The notes: a model not told the origin generated them from the letters alone. 64,000 nt of DNA from a bacterium (GCA_030647205.1 JAUSJO010000002.1:177112-241111), one strand, 5' to 3'. Counted from the stretch's first letter, positions 48,413-57,779 are shown. Numbers and translations: made by a program.

Positions 48413-50686
48413 ATGTTACTTTTTTATTTGTCTCTAGTTGGGATTTCAAATTTATTCTTAGGTTTTTTGGCTTTGTTTAGAAACAAAAAAGATGCCTCAA
48501 ATATTGCTTTCTTCACCTTGACAGTACTAATTGTTAGTTGGTTATCCATGAACTATGTCGCAGACTATGCGACAACAATTGATCTCAATCTATTGTTTAC
48601 AAAGTTGACTATGGTTCTTGCTTTTCTTGCTGCCCTTGGCTTCTACCTTTTTTCAATTCTTTTTATGAGGAGGATAAAAAAGATAGGACCACATACAATT
48701 ATACTTTTCATTTTGACATTAACTATTGTTTTGATATCCATTTTTTCCGATAAAATTATTAAGAGCACATCTATTTCAAACAATGTTACCGATGTTGTGT
48801 TTGGTGATTTTGCTATTATTTACTTTGTTCTTTTTATCTATTTTTTGATTGTATCTTTAGGATGTTTATTTTTAAAGCTGAGATCTTCTTCCGGGGTTGA
48901 TAAAAAACGTATTATATTTGTCGCAGTTGGGCTTGCACTGATGTCTGTAATGGCGACATTTACCAACCTAATCATGCCGCTTGTATTTAGTATTTTTTTA
49001 CTAACTCCATTCGGTGGATTTTCAACATTGTTTTTTACCGGTTTCACCACTTATGCCATAGTCAAGCATCGTTTGATGGATATTCGCATGGTGGTAGCAA
49101 AATCCGTAGCATTTATGATACTTATAGCGTTTATTGGAATCTTCTACACATTCACGATGATATGGTTAGAAAAGATTATTTTTCCTGAAACCGGAGGTAA
49201 GTTAAGCCCTGGTCAGATTGTATTTAGGATTATTCTAACGCTATTTGTTGTCTTCACTTTTCAACCACTTCGGAGTTTCATTACAAAGAAAACTGATAAG
49301 ATATTTTTCAAGCAATCATATGAGCCGGAAAATCTTTTGGATACGTTATCGCATACGATGGGATCAAGTATTGTGCTCATAGAGCTTCTGTATAAGATTT
49401 TGAATATTCTGACCAGTAATATGAAGGTTTCGAGAGGGTTTTTTGTTATTTTGAAAGATGGGGACAAGATTGATACCACCCAAGGGGTCGGTTATAAAAA
49501 AAGTCCTGTAATATCTTTGAGAGAGATTGAAATTTTGTCTAAAGATGGTATTTGCATATATGACGAACTGGATGATAAGTCACAAGTAAAACGGATATTA
49601 AGAAAACATGATGCTTCCTTAGCTATCCCCCTTAAATCAAACAACAAAGTTTCCGGCATCCTTTTCTTGGGTGAGAAAAATTCTGGCGATATGTACAGCG
49701 CTCAGGATATTAGGATCTTTGAAATCCTAGGGCCTGAGGTGACAGTAGCAATAGAAAACGCCAAATCTTATGAAGAGATTCAGCAGTTTAACGCGGTGCT
49801 TAGGACGGAAGTACAAAAAGCCACCAGAGAGCTTAAGGGGGCAAACCAGAATCTGCGTGAGCTTGATAAGGCAAAAGATGAGTTTATATCCATGGCTTCT
49901 CATCAGCTCCGTACACCGCTGACAGCCATCAAAGGTTATCTCTCGATGCTTTTGGAGGGTGATGCGGGTGAGATAAAGGTTGGGCAATATGAGTTTGTTC
50001 AGGAAGCTTACTACGGTGCAACAAGAATGGTTTCTTTGATTAACGATCTTTTAAATGTTTCGAGGATGGAGACAGGAAGATTCTTTCTTGAAATCAAGGA
50101 GTTTGATCTGACAAAAACCGTGGAGGAGGAGATTAAGCAGTTGGAAAAAGTTGCCAGAGATAAGGGAATCAAGCTCGTATATCAAAAACACGGGCACGTC
50201 AGTCTGTGTGCTGATGAGATGAAGGTAAGACAGGTAGTTATGAATTTTGTAGATAACGCTATCTACTACACACTAGACGGGAAAGTTGTGGTGAATCTTT
50301 ATGATGAGGGTAAAAATGTTCGATTTGAAGTAACCGATAATGGTATCGGAGTGCCAAAGGAACAGCAGAAGAATCTTTTCACTAAATTCTTTCGCGCAGA
50401 AAATGCCAGAAGCACGCGGCCTGATGGAACTGGCCTTGGGCTCTTTATGGCAAAAAAGGTTATAGAGGAACATCATGGCGAGGTAATCTTCCATTCTGTT
50501 GAAGGAAAAGGTTCTACTTTTGGATTCCGACTGCCTAAAGTAGCAAAGGTTACTAAGGATAACACTTCTGCCTTCGATCCTAATATTCCTTTGGAGACGC
50601 CGGTTAACAAAGCAATAGAGGTTATGGATAAAAAGATAAAGGATAGTGCACAGAGCGATAAGAAAGAGAAAAAAATACTGGTATAA
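48413..50686 (+). CDS. Multi-TM, GAF-containing sensor histidine kinase
   Basis: About 9 TM; GAF-like (LGEKNSG..YS..D..AIENA); H-box SHQLRTPL; N, G1, G2 boxes. Confidence 0.93.
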   Translation: MLLFYLSLVGISNLFLGFLALFRNKKDASNIAFFTLTVLIVSWLSMNYVADYATTIDLNLLFTKLTMVLAFLAALGFYLFSILFMRRIKKIGPHTIILFILTLTIVLISIFSDKIIKSTSISNNVTDVVFGDFAIIYFVLFIYFLIVSLGCLFLKLRSSSGVDKKRIIFVAVGLALMSVMATFTNLIMPLVFSIFLLTPFGGFSTLFFTGFTTYAIVKHRLMDIRMVVAKSVAFMILIAFIGIFYTFTMIWLEKIIFPETGGKLSPGQIVFRIILTLFVVFTFQPLRSFITKKTDKIFFKQSYEPENLLDTLSHTMGSSIVLIELLYKILNILTSNMKVSRGFFVILKDGDKIDTTQGVGYKKSPVISLREIEILSKDGICIYDELDDKSQVKRILRKHDASLAIPLKSNNKVSGILFLGEKNSGDMYSAQDIRIFEILGPEVTVAIENAKSYEEIQQFNAVLRTEVQKATRELKGANQNLRELDKAKDEFISMASHQLRTPLTAIKGYLSMLLEGDAGEIKVGQYEFVQEAYYGATRMVSLINDLLNVSRMETGRFFLEIKEFDLTKTVEEEIKQLEKVARDKGIKLVYQKHGHVSLCADEMKVRQVVMNFVDNAIYYTLDGKVVVNLYDEGKNVRFEVTDNGIGVPKEQQKNLFTKFFRAENARSTRPDGTGLGLFMAKKVIEEHHGEVIFHSVEGKGSTFGFRLPKVAKVTKDNTSAFDPNIPLETPVNKAIEVMDKKIKDSAQSDKKEKKILV

Positions 50687-50776
50687 GTCCGGACTTCAAT
50701 CGTTTGTAGCTTTAAACATGGCAAAAGCCGTGTTTTTTGTTTATTTTAGAAACAGTATTTAAACAAGGAGATAACT

Positions 50777-50965
50777 ATGCAATTCTATAATGTAAAAAAA
50801 AGAGAAAAGGTTGAAATACCCGAGGACCAACTAAAAAAGACCATTTATAAAGGCAAAGGCGGTCAGGTTCGATACGCTGCAAGAGCGGTAGACAATGATG
50901 GAACAAATCTAACTAGATTTTTGTCGAAGGACGACTATGATGCGCTAGACGCACCTGAGGAGTAA
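50777..50965 (+). CDS. Small basic beta-rich protein (DUF5679/CC1-like)
   Basis: AAGGAG SD; FYNVK..RYAARA..GTNLTRF. Confidence 0.65.
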   Translation: MQFYNVKKREKVEIPEDQLKKTIYKGKGGQVRYAARAVDNDGTNLTRFLSKDDYDALDAPEE

Positions 50966-51340
50966 TCATTCTTTTATTTGTTCAAGCAGATTTTTGGGTA
51001 CTCTTCTAACCATGATCTTTTTGTAACCAAGCGACTTGGCTTTGGCAAGCCGATGTATGCCGTCCAAAACTATCCATTTATTACGGTGGAGATATATCTC
51101 TAGTGGATATTTCAAATCAGCTTTATCCATTTTCTTTGCATGGGTTGGTTCTTTGGCTAAATTTGCTAAGAGTTGATTGATGCTTAGATTCCAATCATCT
51201 GTATTTTCTTTCTCCAGATAAAATATATCAAAATTATATTGGAGTTCTGATAGATCAAGTTCCTCAACTGGCAAACTAAGTGCCCATAATTTTTTATGAT
51301 TTATTTTGAATCCATAATCTATTTCTTTCGGTTTTCCCAT
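50966..51340 (-). CDS. ParB/Srx-like N-terminal domain protein
   Basis: ADLKYP..VLDGIHRLAKA. Confidence 0.75.
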   Translation of the reverse strand: MGKPKEIDYGFKINHKKLWALSLPVEELDLSELQYNFDIFYLEKENTDDWNLSINQLLANLAKEPTHAKKMDKADLKYPLEIYLHRNKWIVLDGIHRLAKAKSLGYKKIMVRRVPKNLLEQIKE

Positions 51341-51408
51341 GTGAGGATCTTATCATAGAACTCACCGTAACTAAAGAAGGCAACGATATGCAAGATATCA
51401 TTGCCTTC

Positions 51409-51427
51409 TTGGTAGCCCGTAGGGGAA
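51409..51427 (-). repeat. 19-bp duplication of the tRNA-Glu 3' end (att site)
   Basis: TTGGTAGCCCGTAGGGGAA identical to 52264..52282. Confidence 0.9.
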
Positions 51428-51580
51428 CTTACCGCTATCATATACTGTTTGCATGGCAACAGTTTGGGTACGAATTATTGAATTTCTGTAACTTATTTTT
51501 CTAGATTATTCTATCACCTCAGGAGTTCTCATCCCGATGTACTAAAAAAGCCGACAATGTAGCGAGTACATTATCAGCTT

Positions 51581-51592
51581 TTTGGTAGACCG
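51581..51592 (-). repeat. Degenerate tRNA-Glu 3' end copy (att-like)
   Basis: TTTGGTAGACCG versus tRNA TTTGGTAGCCCG, adjacent to a hairpin. Confidence 0.6.
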
Positions 51593-51728
51593 AGTCACTT
51601 TAAATTGGAACTCTTTACTCTCTGAACTTAAGGCAATGTCAGAGTTATTTACCCCTGCTCAGAACGTTATGTCTGGATGATTACCATTGTTTATTAGAAC
51701 AAAAAAGGAAAATAAATTGAAAGAGGTT

Positions 51729-52193
51729 TTATCGCTTACTACAATATTCGGATAAACCCTCCATCTTAATACCATAATTATTTACTAAATATTTTCCCTC
51801 TTTTAAAGAAACAGGGACTTCACATTTTTCCGTCAAGGAACCATCCCAATTTGGATTCTCTATCTCAGTTCCGTAATAGAAAACACACTTGTCATTATTT
51901 ATTCCCTCAAAAGAAAAATGGGTTGAGCCGAACCCAAAATAAACTACATCTTTTCCTTTAGAACAGTTTGCAAAATTTATAACAATAGAACTTGCTTTAC
52001 CGGGTTGTGGCAATTGAGTAATTGCACTCTCACTATCAACTTGTTTCTGTGTTGCCTGAATATTTTTGTTTTTTACAGTTTCATCCTCTTTAACTTTTTT
52101 GCCTACTATATAATACCAAACACCTATATTTAAAGCAGTCAAAATAATTATTAAAATGATGAGTAATATGTATGATTTCTTTTTCTCTACCAT
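51729..52193 (-). CDS. Hypothetical membrane-anchored protein with 4 Cys
   Basis: N-terminal TM; lies between tRNA-Glu and an att-like copy. Confidence 0.7.
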   Translation of the reverse strand: MVEKKKSYILLIILIIILTALNIGVWYYIVGKKVKEDETVKNKNIQATQKQVDSESAITQLPQPGKASSIVINFANCSKGKDVVYFGFGSTHFSFEGINNDKCVFYYGTEIENPNWDGSLTEKCEVPVSLKEGKYLVNNYGIKMEGLSEYCSKR

Positions 52194-52264
52194 AAAAATA
52201 TTATATCATAAAGGTTATAAAAATATTACAAACAAAAAAATGGCTATAAAAAGCCAAAATAATT

Positions 52265-52339
52265 TGGTAGCCCGTAGGGGAATCGAACCCCTGTTACCAG
52301 GATGAAAACCTGGCGTCCTAACCACTAGACGAACGGGCC
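52265..52339 (-). tRNA. tRNA-Glu(TTC)
   Basis: Reverse complement CCAGG-TT-TTC-AT-CCTGG, CCA end. Confidence 0.96.
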
Positions 52340-52426
52340 GTAAATACCAAGAAATTATAGCAGAAAAACTCTGATAAATCAATAATATGCTTGAAAAACG
52401 ACCTCAAATGTGCTATACTCACACAT

Positions 52427-52797
52427 GCTAAGCAAGTCGGATGATCGCTCCGCAAGGAGAGGAAAGTCCGGGCACCATATGAGCAAGGTAGTTGCGAAAC
52501 GCAACCGGTCGAAAGGCCCGAGCCAGTGCCACAGAAACATATACCGCCTCAATTTATTGAGGTAAGGGTGAAAAGAGTGGGGTAAGAGCCCACAGCGTTT
52601 GCCGGTGACGGTAAATGGAGGTAAACCTTACTTGGTGCAAGTCCGGTGGGCTGAAGTTTTCCTAGATTGTGTCTTAGCTTTGCGAAAGCAAGGTGTGGCT
52701 CTAAAATAGCGAGGTGTTGCTCGCACTGAAAACTAAGGTCCGGACGCACAGATAGATGATCATCGATAACAGAACCCGGCTTATAGACTCGCTTAGC
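52427..52797 (+). ncRNA. rnpB: RNase P RNA
   Basis: GAGGAAAGTCCGGGC, AGTGCCACAGAAA, ACAGAACCCGGCTTA, terminal GCTAAGC/GCTTAGC pairing; promoter TTGAAA-17-TATACT and terminator flank it. Confidence 0.96.
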
Positions 52798-52895
52798 AAT
52801 AAAAAAGTCTCGAATCCTTGAGGCTTTTTTGTATTTTTAAGTGCTGACAACGCAGAATTATTCATGTAAAATATAAAGACTAATCGGGATTTTTT

Positions 52896-54188
52896 ATGTT
52901 TGAGATACTTAGAAATATGTTTCGGAGGAAGCTAAGGACAACACTGACTATCTTTGGTATTGTCATTGGTATTTTAGCATTAGTTGTTCTTGGATCATTG
53001 GCTGAGAAAATGAACTTAATGATGAAGGGTGGAGAAAAATTTCTGACAGGACAGATTTCGGTGTCTTCCGGTGCGCCATCGAACGAAGGTGGCAATCCAT
53101 TTGCTTCATCGGGATTTCTGACTCAGGATAAAATAAGACAGATTGAGAAAGTCAATGGCGTGAAAGCGGTTCAAGCCGGGGTCGAAACGCCATATGTAGA
53201 TCCGGATAAAAAAGATGGAGGCGGTATAAGCTTTGGAGCACCGCCAACGATCATGGGATCGGATCTAAACTCTACATTTGAGAATGTAAACTGGAAAACA
53301 TTAGCCATGAAAAGTGGTCGAATGATAACTAGGGGAGATAAAGGCGTAGTTGTTGTTGGGTCAGATATAGCTACTGACAAAAAACTCTATACGAACGATA
53401 CGATGAAAATTGGTGGGAAAGACTTTAAAGTTATCGGAGTACTAGAAAAAACAATGACAGGTCCGGACTCATATATTTTTATGGAGCTGGGTGATTCAAG
53501 GGAAGTTCTCATTACTCAAAATCCAACCCTTAAAGACCTAAGAGACAAGTCGACGAGCGCGAAAAAGACACTAGCCGATCCATCATTTAAATATCTTTCC
53601 CCTGAAGTGCAGGCGCAGATAAAACAAGCGGCGAACTTCAATGATGAAGATATTATTACCGGAGCATCAGTCAGTTGGAAGGATGGTGTCGATCCTGAAA
53701 AACTCTCAAAAGATATCAAAGATAAAGTTCAGGGGGTGAAAACTCTATCGCCGGCTGACGGGAAGAAAATGATACAGTCTATCTCTGTTCTCATGAATGC
53801 AGTGATTGTTGGGAGTGCTTTAATCGCCTTAGTCGTCGGTTCGTTGTCGGTGATTAACACGATGATAATGTCAGTCTCAGAGAGAAAACGTGAGATAGGC
53901 GTCAAAAAAGCAGTTGGTGCTCACGACAGACACATTATTAAAGAGTATTTGATAGAATCATCAGCAATCGGTCTTCTCGGAGGACTCCTTGGTCTTGGTA
54001 TTGGGAGCTTGATAGTATTTTCAATCAATAAAATGACCGAGTCGAGTAATATCCAGGTATTTCAGGTTACACCACGACTTGCTATAGGGGCACTTATCTT
54101 CTCTATTACACTTGGGGCGGTAGCAGGACTATATCCGGCATGGCACGCCGCGAGAATCAATCCGGTAGCAGCATTAAAAGAAGAGTAA
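52896..54188 (+). CDS. MacB/FtsX-type ABC permease
   Basis: RTTLTIFGIVIG, SERKREIGVKKAVGA, PVAALKEE. Confidence 0.92.
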   Translation: MFEILRNMFRRKLRTTLTIFGIVIGILALVVLGSLAEKMNLMMKGGEKFLTGQISVSSGAPSNEGGNPFASSGFLTQDKIRQIEKVNGVKAVQAGVETPYVDPDKKDGGGISFGAPPTIMGSDLNSTFENVNWKTLAMKSGRMITRGDKGVVVVGSDIATDKKLYTNDTMKIGGKDFKVIGVLEKTMTGPDSYIFMELGDSREVLITQNPTLKDLRDKSTSAKKTLADPSFKYLSPEVQAQIKQAANFNDEDIITGASVSWKDGVDPEKLSKDIKDKVQGVKTLSPADGKKMIQSISVLMNAVIVGSALIALVVGSLSVINTMIMSVSERKREIGVKKAVGAHDRHIIKEYLIESSAIGLLGGLLGLGIGSLIVFSINKMTESSNIQVFQVTPRLAIGALIFSITLGAVAGLYPAWHAARINPVAALKEE

Positions 54189-54199
54189 TTTAAATTATT

Positions 54200-54901
54200 A
54201 TGGTTAAGAAAAAAACAGACAATATAATACTTCAAGCGAAGAATCTAAAAAAAACCTACAAACCAAGTAAGGAAAATATTGTTCATGCTTTAAATAATCT
54301 CAGCCTTGATATCAAAGAAGGGGAGATAGTGGCCATCATGGGGCCGTCCGGGTCGGGAAAGTCTACACTACTTAATATGTTTGGAATCCTTGATAAGCCA
54401 ACAAGTGGGAAAGTAGTAATAGATAAAAAAGATATTTATAAAGAAAGGAAATCTGAGTATCCGCAAATCCGCAGCGAAATGGTTGGGTTCATTTTCCAGC
54501 AATATAATCTCATTCCAACACTAACCGTACTAGAAAATGTAACATTGCCACTTAGATATTCTCGAGTTAAAAAGGGGAGTGCAAAGAGAAGAGCACTTAA
54601 GATTTTGGAAGAAGTGGGGATGAAAGAGAGGGCAAAGTCTAGGCCGACTCAGCTTTCTGGTGGACAGCAACAAAGAGTGGCGATAGCGCGAGCGCTCATA
54701 AATAATCCGGCAATAATCTTAGCTGATGAACCGACTGGTAATCTTGATACGAAAACAGGCGATGAAATCATAGAAATGATGGTTCGTCTAAACAAAAAAA
54801 CCGGACAGACATTTGTAATAGTCACTCACAACCCTGATGTTACAAGGATTGCTGATCGTGTGATTCACCTTCGCGATGGTAAACTCGAAAAAATTAGATA
54901 G
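54200..54901 (+). CDS. LolD-type ABC ATP-binding protein
   Basis: [29 protein letters not shown]. Confidence 0.93.
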   Translation: MVKKKTDNIILQAKNLKKTYKPSKENIVHALNNLSLDIKEGEIVAIMGPSGSGKSTLLNMFGILDKPTSGKVVIDKKDIYKERKSEYPQIRSEMVGFIFQQYNLIPTLTVLENVTLPLRYSRVKKGSAKRRALKILEEVGMKERAKSRPTQLSGGQQQRVAIARALINNPAIILADEPTGNLDTKTGDEIIEMMVRLNKKTGQTFVIVTHNPDVTRIADRVIHLRDGKLEKIR

Positions 54902-54903
54902 TT

Positions 54904-55452
54904 ATGAGACTTGTTAATCTATCCGATTTTGGTATTAAGAGCATAAACTATTATTGGGAGCGAAGAAAAAACTTTAATCTATCTGAAGCTGAACTTTTTG
55001 AAGTTGGCATTACCGGTAATGAGGCGCAGGTTGATGAGAGATTAATCCCTAAGTTGAAAGAAGCTAACGAAATCTTTAAGAAGTATGGTTATGAGATAAT
55101 TATCAAGGACGCTTACCGGTCGCCTGAACTCTATAGGCTTGTCCAAAAGAAGCGCTATGAAAATGATGGCAAGGAGATTACCGACAGAACGCTCAATGCA
55201 GTAACGATGCCTCATGCCACAGGTCTTGCTGTGGACATCAATCTGATAAAATTGAGTGATGGGGAAGAAGTTGAGATGTGGGATAAAGCAGACTGGCCGG
55301 AAGGGATTTTCGTCGACTATTATAGAGATAGAAAAGATACGAAAAGCCAAGAGTATCAGGGGTTACAAGATTTGCTCGTCGATAATATGCTGGGGCTTGG
55401 ATTCAGGATTGGTAGTAAGAAAGAATTCCATCATTTTGAGTATAAAAAGTAG
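54904..55452 (+). CDS. VanX-like D-Ala-D-Ala dipeptidase (M15 family)
   Basis: DAYRS, HATGLAVD, EFHHF zinc motifs. Confidence 0.82.
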   Translation: MRLVNLSDFGIKSINYYWERRKNFNLSEAELFEVGITGNEAQVDERLIPKLKEANEIFKKYGYEIIIKDAYRSPELYRLVQKKRYENDGKEITDRTLNAVTMPHATGLAVDINLIKLSDGEEVEMWDKADWPEGIFVDYYRDRKDTKSQEYQGLQDLLVDNMLGLGFRIGSKKEFHHFEYKK

Positions 55453-55604
55453 CTTTTGATTTAATAGTTTCTTTGTATCAACTCGATAGTTATAAATTGT
55501 GGTAAAAACTATTTGCCAACAATCTTTTTATGATATAGATTAGTAATATAAGTACCTTGCAGGTTTAGTTTTTCCTCTATCCAAGATTACATTGAGGAGG
55601 AGAG

Positions 55605-55985
55605 ATGGATATTAAGTATGAGCTTGAGATGAGAGCGCTTCATAAATATCTCGAACGGATGCAAAAGGGTGAAGTTACGGGAGCAGAGCCTTTCCATGTA
55701 GTTGTCAACTTGATGGGGAAAGCATCTGATATAGCGCTCAAAGATGCCCGAAGAACACTCATTGATGAACGCAAGAGAGTGGTCAATGAAGGAGATCCTT
55801 TCCCCTTGAGCATTGAAGATCTGATCTCCGGAGCTTCTCAAGAAGGTCTTCTCGAGGTTTCGAGAATCTTTGCCGAGGATAGTCTAGTTGTTTTGGGTTT
55901 TATGGAAGAGCAAGAACAACAGATCGCGGCGGAGGCATTTCACGAGAAGTATACAGGGGAGAGACATCTTCAGCTTGTCTTATAA
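55605..55985 (+). CDS. Hypothetical protein
   Basis: GAGGAGGAG SD; followed by strong hairpin 55994..56025. Confidence 0.7.
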   Translation: MDIKYELEMRALHKYLERMQKGEVTGAEPFHVVVNLMGKASDIALKDARRTLIDERKRVVNEGDPFPLSIEDLISGASQEGLLEVSRIFAEDSLVVLGFMEEQEQQIAAEAFHEKYTGERHLQLVL

Positions 55986-56043
55986 ACTAAACCATTTTGG
56001 GCGACCCTTCCGGGTCGCCCAAAATCTTATCTAAGTTTATTTT

Positions 56044-56229
56044 TTAGTGTCCGCAGCCGTGGCAAGATGAGCATCCGCCGTCTCCGCATCCGCCTTCTTC
56101 AAATACCTTTGAACTTTGTTTTTCCACGTTTTTGCTTTCGCAAGCGATACATTTTACTTCTACTGTATTCCCTTCAAGAAGCTCGAATTCTGCTTCGCAA
56201 TCTGCACATTTGTATTTGTTGACTGTCAT
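56044..56229 (-). CDS. FmdB-like zinc-ribbon protein
   Basis: YKCADC..FE..CIAC.S; Cys/Gly-rich tail. Confidence 0.8.
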   Translation of the reverse strand: MTVNKYKCADCEAEFELLEGNTVEVKCIACESKNVEKQSSKVFEEGGCGDGGCSSCHGCGH

Positions 56230-56242
56230 TTTCCCCTCGTTA

Positions 56243-56575
56243 TTATTTCAATAATTTTTTAAACACGTTTGGTTCTGTTGCGGCCAGGTCTGCAAGGATT
56301 TTTCTATCTAGTTCGATATTTCTGGTTTTTAAAGAATTCATAAACTCAGCATATCTTGTTCCGTTTTCACGGCAAGCTGCTGAAATTCTTGTTACCCAAA
56401 GTTTTCTGAAGTCTCTTTTCTTGGTTCGTCTGTCACGGTATGCATAAGACAGAGAGTGGAGCAGAGCTTCTTTAGCCTTCTTCACACTCGAAGTACGCGC
56501 ATGGCTCATGCCCTTGGTCTGTTTTAGTATCTTCTTATGTTTTTTCTTGGTAGTTGTACCTCGTTTAACTCGCAT
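56243..56575 (-). CDS. rplT: 50S ribosomal protein L20
   Basis: RVKRG, YAYRDRR.KKRDFRKLW.TRI, LDRKILADLA. Confidence 0.97.
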   Translation of the reverse strand: MRVKRGTTTKKKHKKILKQTKGMSHARTSSVKKAKEALLHSLSYAYRDRRTKKRDFRKLWVTRISAACRENGTRYAEFMNSLKTRNIELDRKILADLAATEPNVFKKLLK

Positions 56576-56578
56576 CCT

Positions 56579-56773
56579 TTATGCTCCTATCATTTCTTTT
56601 ACATTTTTAACATCAGCATTTGAAACACCCGTAGTTTTTGAGTTTCCTCTTTTTCTATCCGGCGCCTTTTTCTCTAGTTTATGGTTAAAAGTAGACTTAG
56701 CTCTTTTGGCCTTGCCCTTTTTTGTTATTTCAAATCTCTTTGCTGCGCTCTTGCGCGTTTTCATTTTCGGCAT
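56579..56773 (-). CDS. rpmI: 50S ribosomal protein L35
   Basis: MPKMKTRKSAAKRF.ITKKGK. Confidence 0.96.
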   Translation of the reverse strand: MPKMKTRKSAAKRFEITKKGKAKRAKSTFNHKLEKKAPDRKRGNSKTTGVSNADVKNVKEMIGA

Positions 56774-57299
56774 TAGTGTCCTTTCCATCTTTCTTTTTTG
56801 GAGCGAGAATCATGTTTACCTCTCGTCCTGTAAATGCTATATTCTGATCAATTTGTGCTACTTCTTCAAGTTCATGAGCGAATTTTCTCAAAACGTCTGC
56901 GCCAATGTCTTTGTGAACTATTTCCCGGCCTTTAAAAATAAGCCGAACCTTTACTTTGTTGCCGGCTTCCAGGAATTTTCTGGCATGTTTGGCTTTTGTT
57001 TGGAGATCATGTTCGCCGATTTTTGAACTTAGGCGAATCCCCTTAACTTCTACGTTTTTTTGTTTCTTCTTCTGGGTTCGTGACTGTTTTTGCTGTTCGT
57101 ATTTGAACTTCCCCCAGTCGATAATTTTGCAAACGGGAGGAACTGCATTGGGAGATATTTCTACAAGGTCAAATCCTTCTTCTTCTGCCAGTTTTAAGGC
57201 CTCTGATAAAGATACAACTCCAAGCTGCTCTCCATCTATGCCGACTAAGCGTACTTCACTAGCCTTGATCTGATGATTTAACCGATTTTTAGTAGAAAT
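56730..57299 (-). CDS. infC: Translation initiation factor IF-3 (ATT start; absent from ORF track)
   Basis: Manual translation (I)STKNRLNHQIKASEVRLVG..DLVEISPNAVPPVCKIIDWGKFKYEQ; ATT preceded by in-frame TAA and GGGAG SD. Confidence 0.95.
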   Translation of the reverse strand: MSTKNRLNHQIKASEVRLVGIDGEQLGVVSLSEALKLAEEEGFDLVEISPNAVPPVCKIIDWGKFKYEQQKQSRTQKKKQKNVEVKGIRLSSKIGEHDLQTKAKHARKFLEAGNKVKVRLIFKGREIVHKDIGADVLRKFAHELEEVAQIDQNIAFTGREVNMILAPKKKDGKDTNAENENAQERSKEI

Positions 57300-57384
57300 T
57301 TATTATGGCTCCCTTTAGTTTTACCTTCGATATAATAGCAAAAATTGGCGTTAGTGTCAATGTAGTATTCTATTTTTCATAAGA

Positions 57385-57414
57385 AAAGCCGCGCTTCGAA
57401 AGAAGCGCGGCTTT
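57385..57414 (-). terminator. Intrinsic terminator
   Basis: AAAGCCGCGCTTC-gaaa-GAAGCGCGGCTTT. Confidence 0.8.
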
Positions 57415-57428
57415 GTAATATCACTTGT

Positions 57429-57779
57429 TTAGCACCCTCCAGAGGAGGCTTGGGGAGTCTTGACAACGACGTGAGTGTAGTTTTTCAGAAGCTGTAACTT
57501 CTCCTTTTTCCTGCTCAGCTCCTCTAACATTTGCTTCTTTCGTTTTGTGTTCAGACTTTCATCTATCAGCTTGCGCATGCTTTGGGCTTCCTTGACCAGC
57601 CTGTTGTATTCCGTCTCTGCCTTTTCGACTAGTGCTCTGTATTCCTGCTCGCGAGGGTCCTCGGCGCCGATTTGTGACTCGAGACTCTGAATCTCTTTCT
57701 CGAGCTCGGCGATAGATGCCAGCCTTGTTTGTTCAAGATCTGCTTCGATCTCATTTGCTGGTGACTGTTTGTCTGCCAT
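57429..57779 (-). CDS. Coiled-coil protein ending in SSGGC
   Basis: AAGGAG SD, overlaps the radical SAM 3' end. Confidence 0.65.
   Translation of the reverse strand: MADKQSPANEIEADLEQTRLASIAELEKEIQSLESQIGAEDPREQEYRALVEKAETEYNRLVKEAQSMRKLIDESLNTKRKKQMLEELSRKKEKLQLLKNYTHVVVKTPQASSGGC

Noticed and set aside
52549-52749. 66-aa minus-strand ORF
   Set aside because: Lies inside rnpB.
56508-57273. Plus-strand ORFs of 172 and 105 aa
   Set aside because: Antisense shadows of infC, rpmI and rplT.
57300-57360. L20 leader RNA upstream of infC
   Set aside because: The space between the likely promoter and the start is too short and shows no convincing structure.
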